Made by a program: the position numbers and the translations under genes
The notes under the pieces: generated by a model
What the model was told of the DNA's origin: nothing
Database searches by the model: none
What the model saw: the letters and a program-made list of their open reading frames with translations, nothing else
NCBI GenBank assembly: GCA_041615815.1
Contig: JBFJCP010000014.1
Location: forward strand, 1-64,000
DNA from: Gemmatimonadales bacterium
Lineage (GTDB): Bacteria > Gemmatimonadota > Gemmatimonadetes > Gemmatimonadales > GWC2-71-9
Length of the DNA stretch: 64,000 bases
Direction: 5' to 3'
Shown: in pieces, positions 1 to 10,877 of the stretch
How the letters are laid out: every line of letters begins with the position of its first letter
Numbering within the stretch: the first letter of the stretch is position 1

Positions 1-2
1 GG

Positions 3-308
3 GACCTCACGCAGCACGCCGAGCTGATCGCCATCCGGGAAACGTCGCGCAAGCTCGGGCGCGACCGGCTCACCGATCTGACACTCTACGTGACCCTCGA
101 GCCGTGCGCGCAGTGCGCGGGGGCCATCGTGCTGGCCCGCGTGGGCCGGGTGGTGTTCGGCGCCTACGATCCCAAGGCTGGCATGGCGGGGAGCGTGGAG
201 TATCTCCTGCGTCATCCGCGGCTCAATCATCGGCCCGAGGTGATGGGAGGTGTGATGGAACAGGCCTGTGGGGAGTTGTTGCGGGAATTCTTCGAAGAGA
301 GAAGGTAG
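3..308 (+). CDS. tadA: tRNA adenosine(34) deaminase, 5'-truncated by the window edge
   Basis: Frame from base 3 reads DLTQHAELIAIRE...LYVTLEPCAQCAGAIVLARVGRVVFGAYDPKAG, with the HAE and PCxxC Zn motifs. Confidence 0.9.
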   Translation, partial: DLTQHAELIAIRETSRKLGRDRLTDLTLYVTLEPCAQCAGAIVLARVGRVVFGAYDPKAGMAGSVEYLLRHPRLNHRPEVMGGVMEQACGELLREFFEERR

Positions 309-311
309 GGG

Positions 312-482
312 CTAGGGGTTAGAACCCTTCGACGCGCGCACCACCGGTATCGCGGCTGCCACATTCCGTTCACTGGCCCAAGCCAACCGCTCCAGTTCGG
401 CACGACCCTCGTCGACCATCCACGGCACGCCGGGGTCAGGATCGGTGAAGGTATCGAGAAAAATCAGCCAGTGCTCCTTTGC
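312..482 (-). pseudogene. Possible start-less remnant of a TPR-type protein C-terminus
   Basis: Manual translation AKEHWLIFLDTFTDPDPGVPWMVDEGRAELERLAW...; no start codon ahead of the protein-like segment. Confidence 0.35.
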
Positions 483-536
483 CGGCTGGACACGTGGTGA
501 CTCTGCCCCGATGCAACGCCTGGGGGCCCGAAGCCC

Positions 537-3161
537 CTATACCACCACCGGCTCCCGCTCCCCCGCCGCGGGTACCCGCACGAACTCCAGCGCCTCGCCG
601 TCGCTGGAGCGGTGCACCCGCACCAGGTCGCCCTCGCCGTAGTGACCCTCGAGCACTTCCAGGGCCAGCGGGTTCTGAATGCGACGCTGAATCACCCGCT
701 TGAGCGGTCGGGCACCGTAGACCGGATCGTAGCCCTCGGCCACGAGCAGCTCCTTGGCCTCCTGGGTGACTTCGAGTCGTAGCTCGCGTTCCGCCAGCAG
801 CTTCGCCACACCCACCAGCTGGAGATCCACGATCTTCATGAGCTCGGCCCGGCCGAGCGGACGGAACATGATCACGTCGTCCACGCGGTTCAGGAACTCC
901 GGCTTGAAGGTCTGGCGCACGGTGTCCATGACGCGCTTCTCGGCCTCGTCCCACTCGCGCTCACCGAGTTCGAGAATCCACTGACTGCCGATGTTGGACG
1001 TCATGATGATGACGGCGTTCTTGAAATCCACCGTCCGACCTTGGTTGTCCGTGAGCCGGCCGTCGTCGAGAATCTGCAATAGGATGTTGAACACATCCGG
1101 GTGTGCCTTCTCGATCTCGTCGAACAGAATCACCGAGTACGGACGCCGCCGCACGGCCTCGGTGAGCTGTCCGCCCTCCTCGTAGCCGATGTACCCCGGC
1201 GGGGCGCCGATCATGCGGGCCACCGCGTGTTTCTCCATGTACTCGGACATGTCGAGGCGGACCATGGCGCGTTCGTCGTCGAACAAGAACTCCGCGAGCG
1301 CACGAGCCGTCTCGGTCTTCCCCACGCCGGTGGGACCGAGGAAGATGAAGCTCCCGATGGGCCGGTTGGGATCCTGCAGACCCGCGCGGGATCGCCGCAC
1401 CGCGTTGGAAACCGCGCTCACGGCCTCGGTCTGGCCAATCACCCGCTTGCCCAGCTCGTCCTCGAGCTTCGTGAGTCGCTCCCGCTCGGACTCGAGCATC
1501 TTGCTGACCGGGATTCCGGTCCATCGCGCGACGATCCCGGCCACATCCTCCGGCTCCACCTCTTCTTTGAGGTAGCGGGCCGTGGCCTGAATCTCTTTGA
1601 GTCGCGCGTTGTATTCCCGGATCTCCTGCTCGACCGCGGGCACTTTCCCGTATCGGATTTCAGCAGCCAACTGGAGATCACCAGACCGCGTGGCCTGTTC
1701 GGCCTCCTGGCGAGCTTCCTCGAGCTCGGCTTTCTTCTCCCGGATCTTCGTGATCGCGTCCTTCTCGGCCTGCCACTGCGCCTTCATGCCGGAGGACTGC
1801 TCTTCCAGCTCGGCGATTTCCTTGCGTACCGCCTGCAGCCGGTCCTTGCTGGCGCGGTCCTTTTCCTTGGCCAGCGCCTGTTCCTCGATGCGCAGCTGCA
1901 CGATGCGCCGCTCCACCTCGTCGATCTCCTGCGGGAGGCTGTCGATCTCGATTCGCAGCCGACTCGCCGCCTCGTCGATCAGGTCGATGGCCTTGTCCGG
2001 GAGATGCCGGTCGCCGATGTAGCGGTTACTGAGGGTCGCGGCCGCCACCAGGGCCTGATCCGTGATCCGCACCCCATGATGGACCTCGTACCGCTCCTTG
2101 AGCCCTCGCAGAATGGCGATGGTGTCCGTCACCGACGGCTCGCCCACGAACACGGGTTGGAACCGCCGCTCGAGGGCCTTGTCCTTCTCGATGTGCTTGC
2201 GGTACTCATCGAGCGTCGTCGCGCCAACGAGCCGGAGCTCGCCCCGTGCGAGCGCCGGCTTCAGCATGTTGGATGCATCCACTGCCCCTTCCGCGGCACC
2301 TGCACCCACGACCGTGTGCAGCTCGTCGAGAAAGACCACGAAGCGTCCCTGCTCGCTGGTGATCTCCTTGAGCACGGCCTTGAGACGCTCCTCGAATTCA
2401 CCCCGGTACTTGGCCCCGGCCAGCAACTGACCAATGTCCAACACGATCACGCGCTTGCCGCGGAGCGACTCGGGGATATCGCCGTCCACGATGCGCTGAG
2501 CCAGACCCTCCACGATGGCGGTCTTCCCCACACCCGGCTCACCGATCAACACCGGATTGTTCTTGGTTCGACGGCTCAGGACCTGAATGACCCGGCGGAT
2601 TTCTTCGTCGCGGCCGATGACCGGATCCAGCTTGCCCTCGCGGGCGAGCTCGGTCAGGTCTCGCGTGAAACGCTCGAGCGCTTGGTATTTGCCTTCCGGC
2701 TCCTGGTCGGTGACGCGATGACTCCCGCGCACCGCCTCGAGGGCCTCGAGTAGTTGGTCCTGGTCGATGCTGCGGGCGTTCAGGAGTTGTCTCGCAGACG
2801 TGCCCTTGGTGTCCACCAGGGCCACGAGCATGTGCTCCGTGGAGACGTAGGCGTCACCCAGCTCCTTGGCGAGTTTGTCGGCGCGGTCGAGCGCCGCGTT
2901 CAATTCCCTGGCCACCGTAGGCGTTCCACCGCCGGTCTGCGTGGGGAGGCGATCGATCTCTCGGTCGATCTCCTGGCGCAGCTCGGTGACGCTGAGCCCA
3001 GTCTTTTGGAGGATGGGCACGACGATCCCTTCCTCCTGGTCCATGAGCGCCATGAAGAGGTGTGCGTCGTTGAGGACGGGATTCCCGCGTGCCGAGGCGA
3101 GGGCGATGGCCTGTTGCAGGGCCTCGCCGGCTTTGACGGTCAAACGTTCGGGTCGAATCAT
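537..3161 (-). CDS. clpB: ATP-dependent chaperone ClpB
   Basis: 874 aa; two AAA+ modules ([16 protein letters not shown]), coiled-coil middle domain, YGARPLKR. Confidence 0.97.
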   Translation of the reverse strand: MIRPERLTVKAGEALQQAIALASARGNPVLNDAHLFMALMDQEEGIVVPILQKTGLSVTELRQEIDREIDRLPTQTGGGTPTVARELNAALDRADKLAKELGDAYVSTEHMLVALVDTKGTSARQLLNARSIDQDQLLEALEAVRGSHRVTDQEPEGKYQALERFTRDLTELAREGKLDPVIGRDEEIRRVIQVLSRRTKNNPVLIGEPGVGKTAIVEGLAQRIVDGDIPESLRGKRVIVLDIGQLLAGAKYRGEFEERLKAVLKEITSEQGRFVVFLDELHTVVGAGAAEGAVDASNMLKPALARGELRLVGATTLDEYRKHIEKDKALERRFQPVFVGEPSVTDTIAILRGLKERYEVHHGVRITDQALVAAATLSNRYIGDRHLPDKAIDLIDEAASRLRIEIDSLPQEIDEVERRIVQLRIEEQALAKEKDRASKDRLQAVRKEIAELEEQSSGMKAQWQAEKDAITKIREKKAELEEARQEAEQATRSGDLQLAAEIRYGKVPAVEQEIREYNARLKEIQATARYLKEEVEPEDVAGIVARWTGIPVSKMLESERERLTKLEDELGKRVIGQTEAVSAVSNAVRRSRAGLQDPNRPIGSFIFLGPTGVGKTETARALAEFLFDDERAMVRLDMSEYMEKHAVARMIGAPPGYIGYEEGGQLTEAVRRRPYSVILFDEIEKAHPDVFNILLQILDDGRLTDNQGRTVDFKNAVIIMTSNIGSQWILELGEREWDEAEKRVMDTVRQTFKPEFLNRVDDVIMFRPLGRAELMKIVDLQLVGVAKLLAERELRLEVTQEAKELLVAEGYDPVYGARPLKRVIQRRIQNPLALEVLEGHYGEGDLVRVHRSSDGEALEFVRVPAAGEREPVVV

Positions 3162-3306
3162 CTATGGCTCCCCCTGTGAAGGGACAAAGCGCTGGGCCCA
3201 AGCGTTGGGGCTGTACTAGGGTTCCCTCACCCCTAGCTGTCGCTCCCCGGCTGCAAACGACCCCACCGTCCCTTCGATCTGTCGCATTTCCGCTACACTA
3301 TCCAAC

Positions 3307-3321
3307 GCAACCGGCATGCCC
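3307..3321 (-). promoter_or_regulatory. Putative sigma54 (-24/-12) promoter of clpB
   Basis: Minus strand GGGCATGCCGGTTGC: GG-N10-GC, close to the TGGCACG-N4-TTGC consensus. Confidence 0.5.
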
Positions 3322-3351
3322 GATAAACGCAGGCCATTACGGCATTTTCAG

Positions 3352-3394
3352 GCCAAAACGACAGATGCGCCCGCCGTTTGGCAGACGCATCTGT
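3352..3394 (-). terminator. Rho-independent terminator-like hairpin
   Basis: Inverted repeat ACAGATGCG...CGCATCTGT followed on the minus strand by CGTTTT. Confidence 0.55.
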
Positions 3395-3431
3395 CTGTGA
3401 CCCAACGTGTTGAGGCCGCTCTGTCGAGGGC

Positions 3432-3857
3432 CTATTTCACGACGGTCATCTTCTTCGTGAAGGCCCTCCCGTCCACAATCAGCTGGTAGACGTACACACC
3501 GGATGCTGCTTCACGGTCTGACCCGAGGATCTTCCCGTCCCAGAAGGCTGAAAACTCGCCGGAGCCGTTCCAGCTGAGTGGGACGTTCTCGAGCCGCTCG
3601 CCGGACCCTTGCAGAATCGGGATGGCGACGAGCTGCGCGAGGATGTTGTAGATCCTGAGGCTTACGACCGGCGGCTGCCCGTCGTCCCACAGCGACCGAT
3701 CCAGTGCGAACGGGATCGTGGTCTCTGGATTGAACGGATTCGGGTAGTTCCTGCCGAGCTGCACCGCGGACGACGCGCTGTTGTCCTGCGCCGAGACGGC
3801 GGTTGGTGCAGCTACCAGGAGCCCGAGCGACAAAAGCGCCCAGGCTGCGTGCCTCAT
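3432..3857 (-). CDS. Secreted stand-alone FlgD-Ig / T9SS type A C-terminal-domain-like protein
   Basis: Signal peptide MRHAAWALLSLGLLVAAPTAVSA, then NYPNPFNPETTI...IYNILAQLV...WDG...ASGVYVYQL...TKKMTVVK. Confidence 0.8.
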   Translation of the reverse strand: MRHAAWALLSLGLLVAAPTAVSAQDNSASSAVQLGRNYPNPFNPETTIPFALDRSLWDDGQPPVVSLRIYNILAQLVAIPILQGSGERLENVPLSWNGSGEFSAFWDGKILGSDREAASGVYVYQLIVDGRAFTKKMTVVK

Positions 3858-3934
3858 TGGCAAGCTCCCTAACAATGGTGGTTCGTAAGTGACTTACTCC
3901 TTCACGGATGAGTGCGTATGTTCCCTCGTACCGG

Positions 3935-3964
3935 AAGCTACGCTCCCACGTTAATCGTTGTCAA
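3935..3964 (-). promoter_or_regulatory. Putative sigma70 promoter
   Basis: TTGACA-18 nt-TAGCTT on the minus strand; palindrome GTAAGTGACTTAC (3885-3897) lies downstream. Confidence 0.55.
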
Positions 3965-3972
3965 GCGACGCT

Positions 3973-5856
3973 TTAGGGTTTCGCACGTGCGCTGGGACCC
4001 AAACGACGTGCGTCGCCCTCCCGTACCGTCAAGCCGCAAGCATCGAGCCACTCGAGGACCGGGATGAGGTATTTCCGGCTGAGTCCGGTAATGGCGCGCA
4101 GGTCAGCCGGTGTGGCCCGTCCCAACCGCTCGACCTCAGAAACGACGGTGCCCCGAAGCTGGTCGAGCGCAACTTTGTCGTAATATCGGTCCCGTCCCAC
4201 CCGAACCGCTGTGCCCTGGCGCACATAGAACTCGAGCACTTCACGGATCTCATCGGCCGCGGCCAACGCACTCAACTCGGGTGGCGTCTGGCCGTTCCAT
4301 TTTGCCGACACGAGCGCTGCACGGACACTGTCACCGATGGCGGTCTGCTCCTGGGAAAGCGACGCGTGGTGCGAGGGGAGTCGCGCCGTACCTCCCTCCA
4401 GCAGGATCTTCCCCTCTGCGGCGAGGGTCTCCAGCACGTGATCCCCAAAGGCGGCCGATGCCAGGGCGGCGCGGAGCAGTTCGCGCGGCATCCCGGGCTC
4501 GAGCGGGTGTTGCTGGTGGTACCCCGCGAGGGTTTCGAGAGTTGCCTCATGCAATCGCTCGACGACGTCGCGCACCACCAAGATGTCACCGACGCGTGTG
4601 GCGCCATCACCTTCGATCCTCGTGGCCGCCGGCTCGAGGTCTTGGGGATGGAAGCCGACGCGTACCGGGAGCTCACTCGTGGCGAGTCCGCGCGGCCCGG
4701 CGTCTTCCACGAACGCGCGGGCGCGAGCGATTGCATCGGTCACGGCGCGGGTTTCGAGTCCGCGAGGCCGCCGCGGGCGCGGAGACGGCCACGGGTCCAC
4801 GACCACACACCCTCCAATGGTGGTGACGGGCGAGTAGGACCGCAGGACCGCGCGGTCGCCCCACCGGGCCACGGTGGCCTGTTCCAGCCGGAGCCGGGCG
4901 GCGGCGGTCTCTCCGGGAGCGATGTCGATGGTGGCCGGTGTCACGCGGGCCATCACTTCGGCGGTGCCGAGGTGCAGCCGGACGCGGGAGCGCTGGGACA
5001 GGGCTCGGGCCGTGGGAAGCAGCGTGATCATGACGTCGAGCGCGCGGGTCTCCTTCCATGATGGATCGACCACGGCGACGCTCCCCCGCCCCACCGCTTG
5101 GCGGTTGACACCAACCAGGGCGAGGGCGGTGCGGCGGCCGGGCTCGGCGCGATCCCGCGTTTCTCCGTGCACCTCGACGCTCCGGACCCGGCCGCTTTGT
5201 TCGCCGGGGAGGACACGCACGGTATCACCGACCTTCACGGAGCCACTCCACGCCGTTCCCGTGACGACGGTCCCGGCGCCCGCGACGCTGAAAACCCGGT
5301 CGATCGGAAGGCGGAAGAGATCATCCGCCGAGCGGGTCGCCGCTCGCGTGGCGGCGCTCGCGAGGCTTTCGCGCAAGGTATCCATCCCCTGGTCCGTGAC
5401 TGCCGAGACCACGACGGGCGACTCCCAGTGAATCCCGGAATCCGCGAGACGATCCGAGAGATCCGAGATCACCAGATCGAGCCAGTCCCCCTCCGCGAGG
5501 TCGGCCTTACTGACGGCGGCAACCCCCGTCTTCACACCGAGAAAGCGGAGAATGGCGAGGTGTTCGACGGTCTGCGGCATCACGCCCTCGTCCGCGGCCA
5601 CGACGAGCAGGGCAACGTCCACGCCGGCAGCGCCGGCGACCATGTTCCGCACGAAGTCTTCGTGTCCCGGCACGTCCACGATGCTGGCGGTCAGGTCGTC
5701 GCCGAGCGCCAGGGGTGCAAACCCGAGGTCGATGGTGATCCCCCGCCGTTTCTCCTCGTCCCAGCGGTCCGTGTCGATCCCGGTGAGCCGCTTGACCAGG
5801 GCGGTCTTGCCGTGGTCCACATGACCGGCGGTCCCGATGACGACGTGGCGGGTCAC
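3973..5856 (-). CDS. selB: Selenocysteine-specific translation elongation factor
   Basis: GTAGHVDHGKT, EEKRRGITIDLGF, DVPGHEDF; C-terminal winged helix GLSRKYLIPVLEWLD. Confidence 0.95.
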   Translation of the reverse strand: MTRHVVIGTAGHVDHGKTALVKRLTGIDTDRWDEEKRRGITIDLGFAPLALGDDLTASIVDVPGHEDFVRNMVAGAAGVDVALLVVAADEGVMPQTVEHLAILRFLGVKTGVAAVSKADLAEGDWLDLVISDLSDRLADSGIHWESPVVVSAVTDQGMDTLRESLASAATRAATRSADDLFRLPIDRVFSVAGAGTVVTGTAWSGSVKVGDTVRVLPGEQSGRVRSVEVHGETRDRAEPGRRTALALVGVNRQAVGRGSVAVVDPSWKETRALDVMITLLPTARALSQRSRVRLHLGTAEVMARVTPATIDIAPGETAAARLRLEQATVARWGDRAVLRSYSPVTTIGGCVVVDPWPSPRPRRPRGLETRAVTDAIARARAFVEDAGPRGLATSELPVRVGFHPQDLEPAATRIEGDGATRVGDILVVRDVVERLHEATLETLAGYHQQHPLEPGMPRELLRAALASAAFGDHVLETLAAEGKILLEGGTARLPSHHASLSQEQTAIGDSVRAALVSAKWNGQTPPELSALAAADEIREVLEFYVRQGTAVRVGRDRYYDKVALDQLRGTVVSEVERLGRATPADLRAITGLSRKYLIPVLEWLDACGLTVREGDARRLGPSARAKP

Positions 5857-6599
5857 GCGATGCGCTCCCAGAAGGTGAGGGCTCGCAAGTCTTGCTGATC
5901 GGCCAGGTGGTTGCGGACGAAACGCGTAAACAGCCGGCGGTGCGCAGCGGCGTGCTTGCGTGACAGCGTGCCGATGGGCTCACGATCGCCCATCACCATG
6001 TGCACCAGCGTCTCACGATCGGCGGCGGCGAGTCGAGACGTCTCGAGCCCGCGGGCACAGAGGCCGCAGACGAACCCGCCGTCCGCGATCGAAAACGCCA
6101 CGCGTCCATCGGGGAGTGCGTGCCCTCCACGCGCACAGGAATCCACCACGGGAGCGAATCCGAGCGCGCCCACGGTGGCCCACAGGGCCACGAGACCTGC
6201 GGCGTCGAGCTCCGCTTTGGGCACCACGGTCAATCGATCGAGCTGTTGGGCCACCAGCTCGTAGATCTCGGGGTGTGCGTCGGCCGGCGCGAACCGAAGA
6301 ATGATCTCGGCGAGGGCGGCGCCGGCGGCGAAGCGTGGGACCTCGCGCGCCAACTCCTGACGGGTGGTGATGACATCGAAGTCGGCCAGGGTATGGAGAT
6401 CACGTCCGCTCTTCATGTAGAGCTGCGCGGTTCCCTCACTCAGTGGTTGGAGTGCGGCCCCGAACCGGCTCTTGGGCTTCAGCGCACCTTTGGCGATGGC
6501 GCTCTGCACGCCGTACTCGGGAGTGAGCAGGCGAACGATCTTGGAGCTTTCACTGTAGGGGAAGCCATGGAGCACGAGCGCCGGGGTGGAGACGAGCAT
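5853..6599 (-). CDS. recO: DNA repair protein RecO
   Basis: YSESSKIVRLLT...G...AKGALKPKSRFGAALQP N-terminal OB fold; Cys residues of a Zn-finger region. Confidence 0.92.
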   Translation of the reverse strand: MLVSTPALVLHGFPYSESSKIVRLLTPEYGVQSAIAKGALKPKSRFGAALQPLSEGTAQLYMKSGRDLHTLADFDVITTRQELAREVPRFAAGAALAEIILRFAPADAHPEIYELVAQQLDRLTVVPKAELDAAGLVALWATVGALGFAPVVDSCARGGHALPDGRVAFSIADGGFVCGLCARGLETSRLAAADRETLVHMVMGDREPIGTLSRKHAAAHRRLFTRFVRNHLADQQDLRALTFWERIA

Positions 6600-6602
6600 G
6601 TG

Positions 6603-6670
6603 AGAAAATTAATGGGTGTCGGGTTCCGGGTGTCGGGGAGAACCCGTTCCCCAGCACCCAACACCCTACC
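6603..6670. repeat. Heptamer-tandem inverted repeat, terminator-like
   Basis: GGGTGTC GGGTTCC GGGTGTC arm pairs with CCCAGCACCCAACACCC; AT-rich tail follows on the minus strand. Confidence 0.5.
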
Positions 6671-7757
6671 TGCTTCTCTCCAACGCGGCCACCAGCCTCG
6701 CTTTCAGTTCCGCCCGTTGGCGGCCGTACTCGGGATCGGATTCATGGCCCTCGTAGGCCTGATCGAGCGCGGCGATCTGGGCAGCGAGGGTGTCCGGATG
6801 GTCGGGGAGCGGAGAGCGGGGCGCGGGGAGGGGGTCCTCGCGGCGCCACCAGAGGAACAGTCCCAACAGCAGACTGACACCGACCAGGGGAACCAGCACC
6901 CACCAGAGATCGGCGGCCGAGCGCGGTTCTTGGGGAAACCGCACGACGACGGGTGTTTGGGCGCCGATGTTCTCTGCGAAGTAGCGGGTGAAGGTGAGCT
7001 GATCCAGCTCTTCGCGGGTGCGGACGGTCTCGGGTCCTTCGACGGCGGCGAGTGAATCTTCCAACAGGACGTTGAACCGCTCGATGGGTTGGTCGATGGG
7101 AATCGTCAGGGCGTCTACGGATTGCGGGATGAGATAGCTCACCAACAGCTGTCGCTCGCCCGGAGGAATGGGAGCGGTGACGGCGACCGCGTTGTCACGC
7201 AGGCTAATGGCCTCGGCGCTGACGTCGCTCTCGCCAACCTCGAACTCGACGGCTGCGGCTGGTAAGACCCCTCGCCAGACGGGTGTGCTGGTATCCGGGG
7301 CCACCCGCGTTCTCGTTCCTTTGTTTTCCAGCACCAGCAGCTCGATGACGCGCCGCGCACCTTCGTCGGCGGGGCGGCGGACGACAACGTGGCGTTCCCG
7401 CAGCGTAATGGGCGGACTCGTGGCCGAGGTATCGTACACGATCAGCAGTTCGGCCGTTGCTTCGGGTTCACCAAAGGTGTGGAGCGGTTCGGTGAAATAG
7501 GCGATCCCTTGGTGCTCGACGCTCACGACGTAGTTCGCCACGGTATCGAGGGAGGAGGCCTGGAGGGTGTAGCGGCCCGAACGGTCCGTGGCCCCCGAGT
7601 CCACGGGGCCCGCTTCCGCGAAGCTCACGCGGTGCAGCACCACCTGGCGCTCGGAGACGGGCAGTGTATCCGCTCCGGCGACGTGCATGACGCGACCCGA
7701 AACGCGAAAACCCTGGGCCACCGCCGCGGGCGGCAGACCCAGGGTCGCGATCAGCAT
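6666..7757 (-). CDS. Exported, C-terminally membrane-anchored hypothetical protein (carboxypeptidase-regulatory-like N-domain)
   Basis: Signal-like N-terminus, TDRSGRY beta-sandwich motif, TM helix LWWVLVPLVGVSLLLGLFLWW, helical tail. Confidence 0.7.
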   Translation of the reverse strand: MLIATLGLPPAAVAQGFRVSGRVMHVAGADTLPVSERQVVLHRVSFAEAGPVDSGATDRSGRYTLQASSLDTVANYVVSVEHQGIAYFTEPLHTFGEPEATAELLIVYDTSATSPPITLRERHVVVRRPADEGARRVIELLVLENKGTRTRVAPDTSTPVWRGVLPAAAVEFEVGESDVSAEAISLRDNAVAVTAPIPPGERQLLVSYLIPQSVDALTIPIDQPIERFNVLLEDSLAAVEGPETVRTREELDQLTFTRYFAENIGAQTPVVVRFPQEPRSAADLWWVLVPLVGVSLLLGLFLWWRREDPLPAPRSPLPDHPDTLAAQIAALDQAYEGHESDPEYGRQRAELKARLVAALERSR

Positions 7758-7767
7758 CGAAACGAGC

Positions 7768-8265
7768 TTACGGCGTAAACTTCCCGAAATCTTCCGGATC
7801 CAGGTTTTCGAGGTACGACTTGAGTTGTTCGGCGTCGTCGATACCCGACTCGGGCGACGACGGTTCCACCGTGTCGACCTGCGTGATGTCCAGCAGTTCC
7901 TCGTCGGTGAAGATGGGCGCCTTGAGTCTGAGGGCGACGGCGATACTGTCGGACGGGCGCGCGTCGATCTGCACGACGTGATCTTCGCGGTGAATGTGCA
8001 GCTCGGCGTAGTAGGTATTCTCCTTCACCTGGGTGATCATCACCCGGCGAAGATCCGCGCCCAGCCCCACGATCACCTGTTTGAGGAGGTCGTGGGTGAG
8101 TGGCCGCGAGAACTTGACCCCGGCCAGCTCCATCGCGATGGCGCTGGCCTCCGCCGGTCCGATCCAGATGGGCAGCACCCGCTCACCTTCCTTTTCCTGG
8201 AGGATGACCACGGGGGTATTCGTGTTCCGGTCAAGTCCAAGGTGGGCCACTTTGACTTCGATCAT
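7768..8265 (-). CDS. Bifunctional nuclease family protein (DUF151)
   Basis: LPIWIGPAEA, RPLTHDLL, IDARPSDSIAVALR. Confidence 0.9.
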   Translation of the reverse strand: MIEVKVAHLGLDRNTNTPVVILQEKEGERVLPIWIGPAEASAIAMELAGVKFSRPLTHDLLKQVIVGLGADLRRVMITQVKENTYYAELHIHREDHVVQIDARPSDSIAVALRLKAPIFTDEELLDITQVDTVEPSSPESGIDDAEQLKSYLENLDPEDFGKFTP

Positions 8266-8271
8266 GCGTCC

Positions 8272-9678
<1,407 letters not shown>

Positions 9679-10866
9679 TCAGGCGGCGTGTTTCACCGCC
9701 TCAACGAGGTCAGACGCCCGGACGGGGTCTTCCCACGTGAAGAGTCGGACGGTGCGGCCGTTCACCTCGAGGTCTCGCGGCGTGCGGCCGAAGTGGCCGT
9801 AGGCAGCCGTGGCCCGATAGATGGGCTGGCGGAGATCGAGGGCTTCGATGATGCCCTTGGGAGTCAGGTCGAACACCTTGCGGATGGCGCGCTCGAGCTC
9901 TCCGTCGGCCACCTTGCCGGTGCCGAAGGTCTCGACCATGATCGAGACCGGCTGGGCCACCCCGATGGCGTAGGCGAGCTGCACCTCGCACCGGCGGGCC
10001 AGTCCGGCGGCGACGATGTTCTTCGCCACCCAGCGGGCGGCGTAGGTGGCCGAACGGTCCACCTTGGACGGGTCTTTGCCGCTGAACGCACCGCCACCGT
10101 GCCGGGCGGCGCCGCCATAGGTGTCCACGATGATCTTGCGGCCCGTGAGTCCGCAGTCACCCTGCGGTCCGCCGGTCACAAAGCGACCCGTGGGGTTGAT
10201 GTAGAGCTTGACGCCTTTCGTCTCCAACCCACAATCCTCGAGCACCGGCTGAATCACCAGGTTGCGGACGCCTTCCTCGAGATCCGACGTCTTCACCTTT
10301 GCCGAATGCTGGGTGGACACGACCACGGTTTTGAGCGCGATGGGCCGCCCATCGGCGTACTCCACGGTCACCTGGCTCTTGCCATCCGGGCGCAGCCAGT
10401 CGACCTGCTTCGTCTTGCGGGCCTCAGCCAGTTGGTAGGTGAGCCGGTGGGCGAGCATGATGGGCATGGGCATGAGCTGCGGCGTTTCGTCCGACGCGTA
10501 CCCGAACATCATACCTTGATCACCCGCCCCGCCGGTATCGACACCCATCGCGATATCACCCGACTGGGGGTCGATGGACGTCATCACCGCACATGTCTTG
10601 GCATCGAAGCCGTAATCGGCGTCGACGTACCCGATCTCCTCTACGGTCTCGCGAACCACCTTGGGCACATTGAGCTGCGCATTGGTCGTGATCTCACCCG
10701 CGACCACCACCACCCCGGTCGTGACCAGCGTTTCGCAGGCAACGCGTGAGGCAGCGTCCTGGGCGAGGAGCGTGTCGAGAACCGTGTCCGAGATCTGGTC
10801 CGCCATCTTGTCTGGATGACCTTCGGTCACGGATTCGGAAGAAAAAATGTAATGGTGGGAACCCAT
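9679..10866 (-). CDS. metK: S-adenosylmethionine synthetase
   Basis: [28 protein letters not shown]; start trimmed to the ATG at 10866. Confidence 0.97.
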   Translation of the reverse strand: MGSHHYIFSSESVTEGHPDKMADQISDTVLDTLLAQDAASRVACETLVTTGVVVVAGEITTNAQLNVPKVVRETVEEIGYVDADYGFDAKTCAVMTSIDPQSGDIAMGVDTGGAGDQGMMFGYASDETPQLMPMPIMLAHRLTYQLAEARKTKQVDWLRPDGKSQVTVEYADGRPIALKTVVVSTQHSAKVKTSDLEEGVRNLVIQPVLEDCGLETKGVKLYINPTGRFVTGGPQGDCGLTGRKIIVDTYGGAARHGGGAFSGKDPSKVDRSATYAARWVAKNIVAAGLARRCEVQLAYAIGVAQPVSIMVETFGTGKVADGELERAIRKVFDLTPKGIIEALDLRQPIYRATAAYGHFGRTPRDLEVNGRTVRLFTWEDPVRASDLVEAVKHAA

Positions 10867-10877
10867 GATTGATCGTC

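Noticed and set aside
309..436. tRNA gene downstream of tadA
   Set aside because: No cloverleaf with a T-loop GTTCGA/GTTCAA and matching acceptor stem was found.
537..539. Pyrrolysine or selenocysteine recoding at the clpB stop
   Set aside because: ClpB is already full length, the codon is TAG (not the Sec UGA), and no pyl genes are seen.
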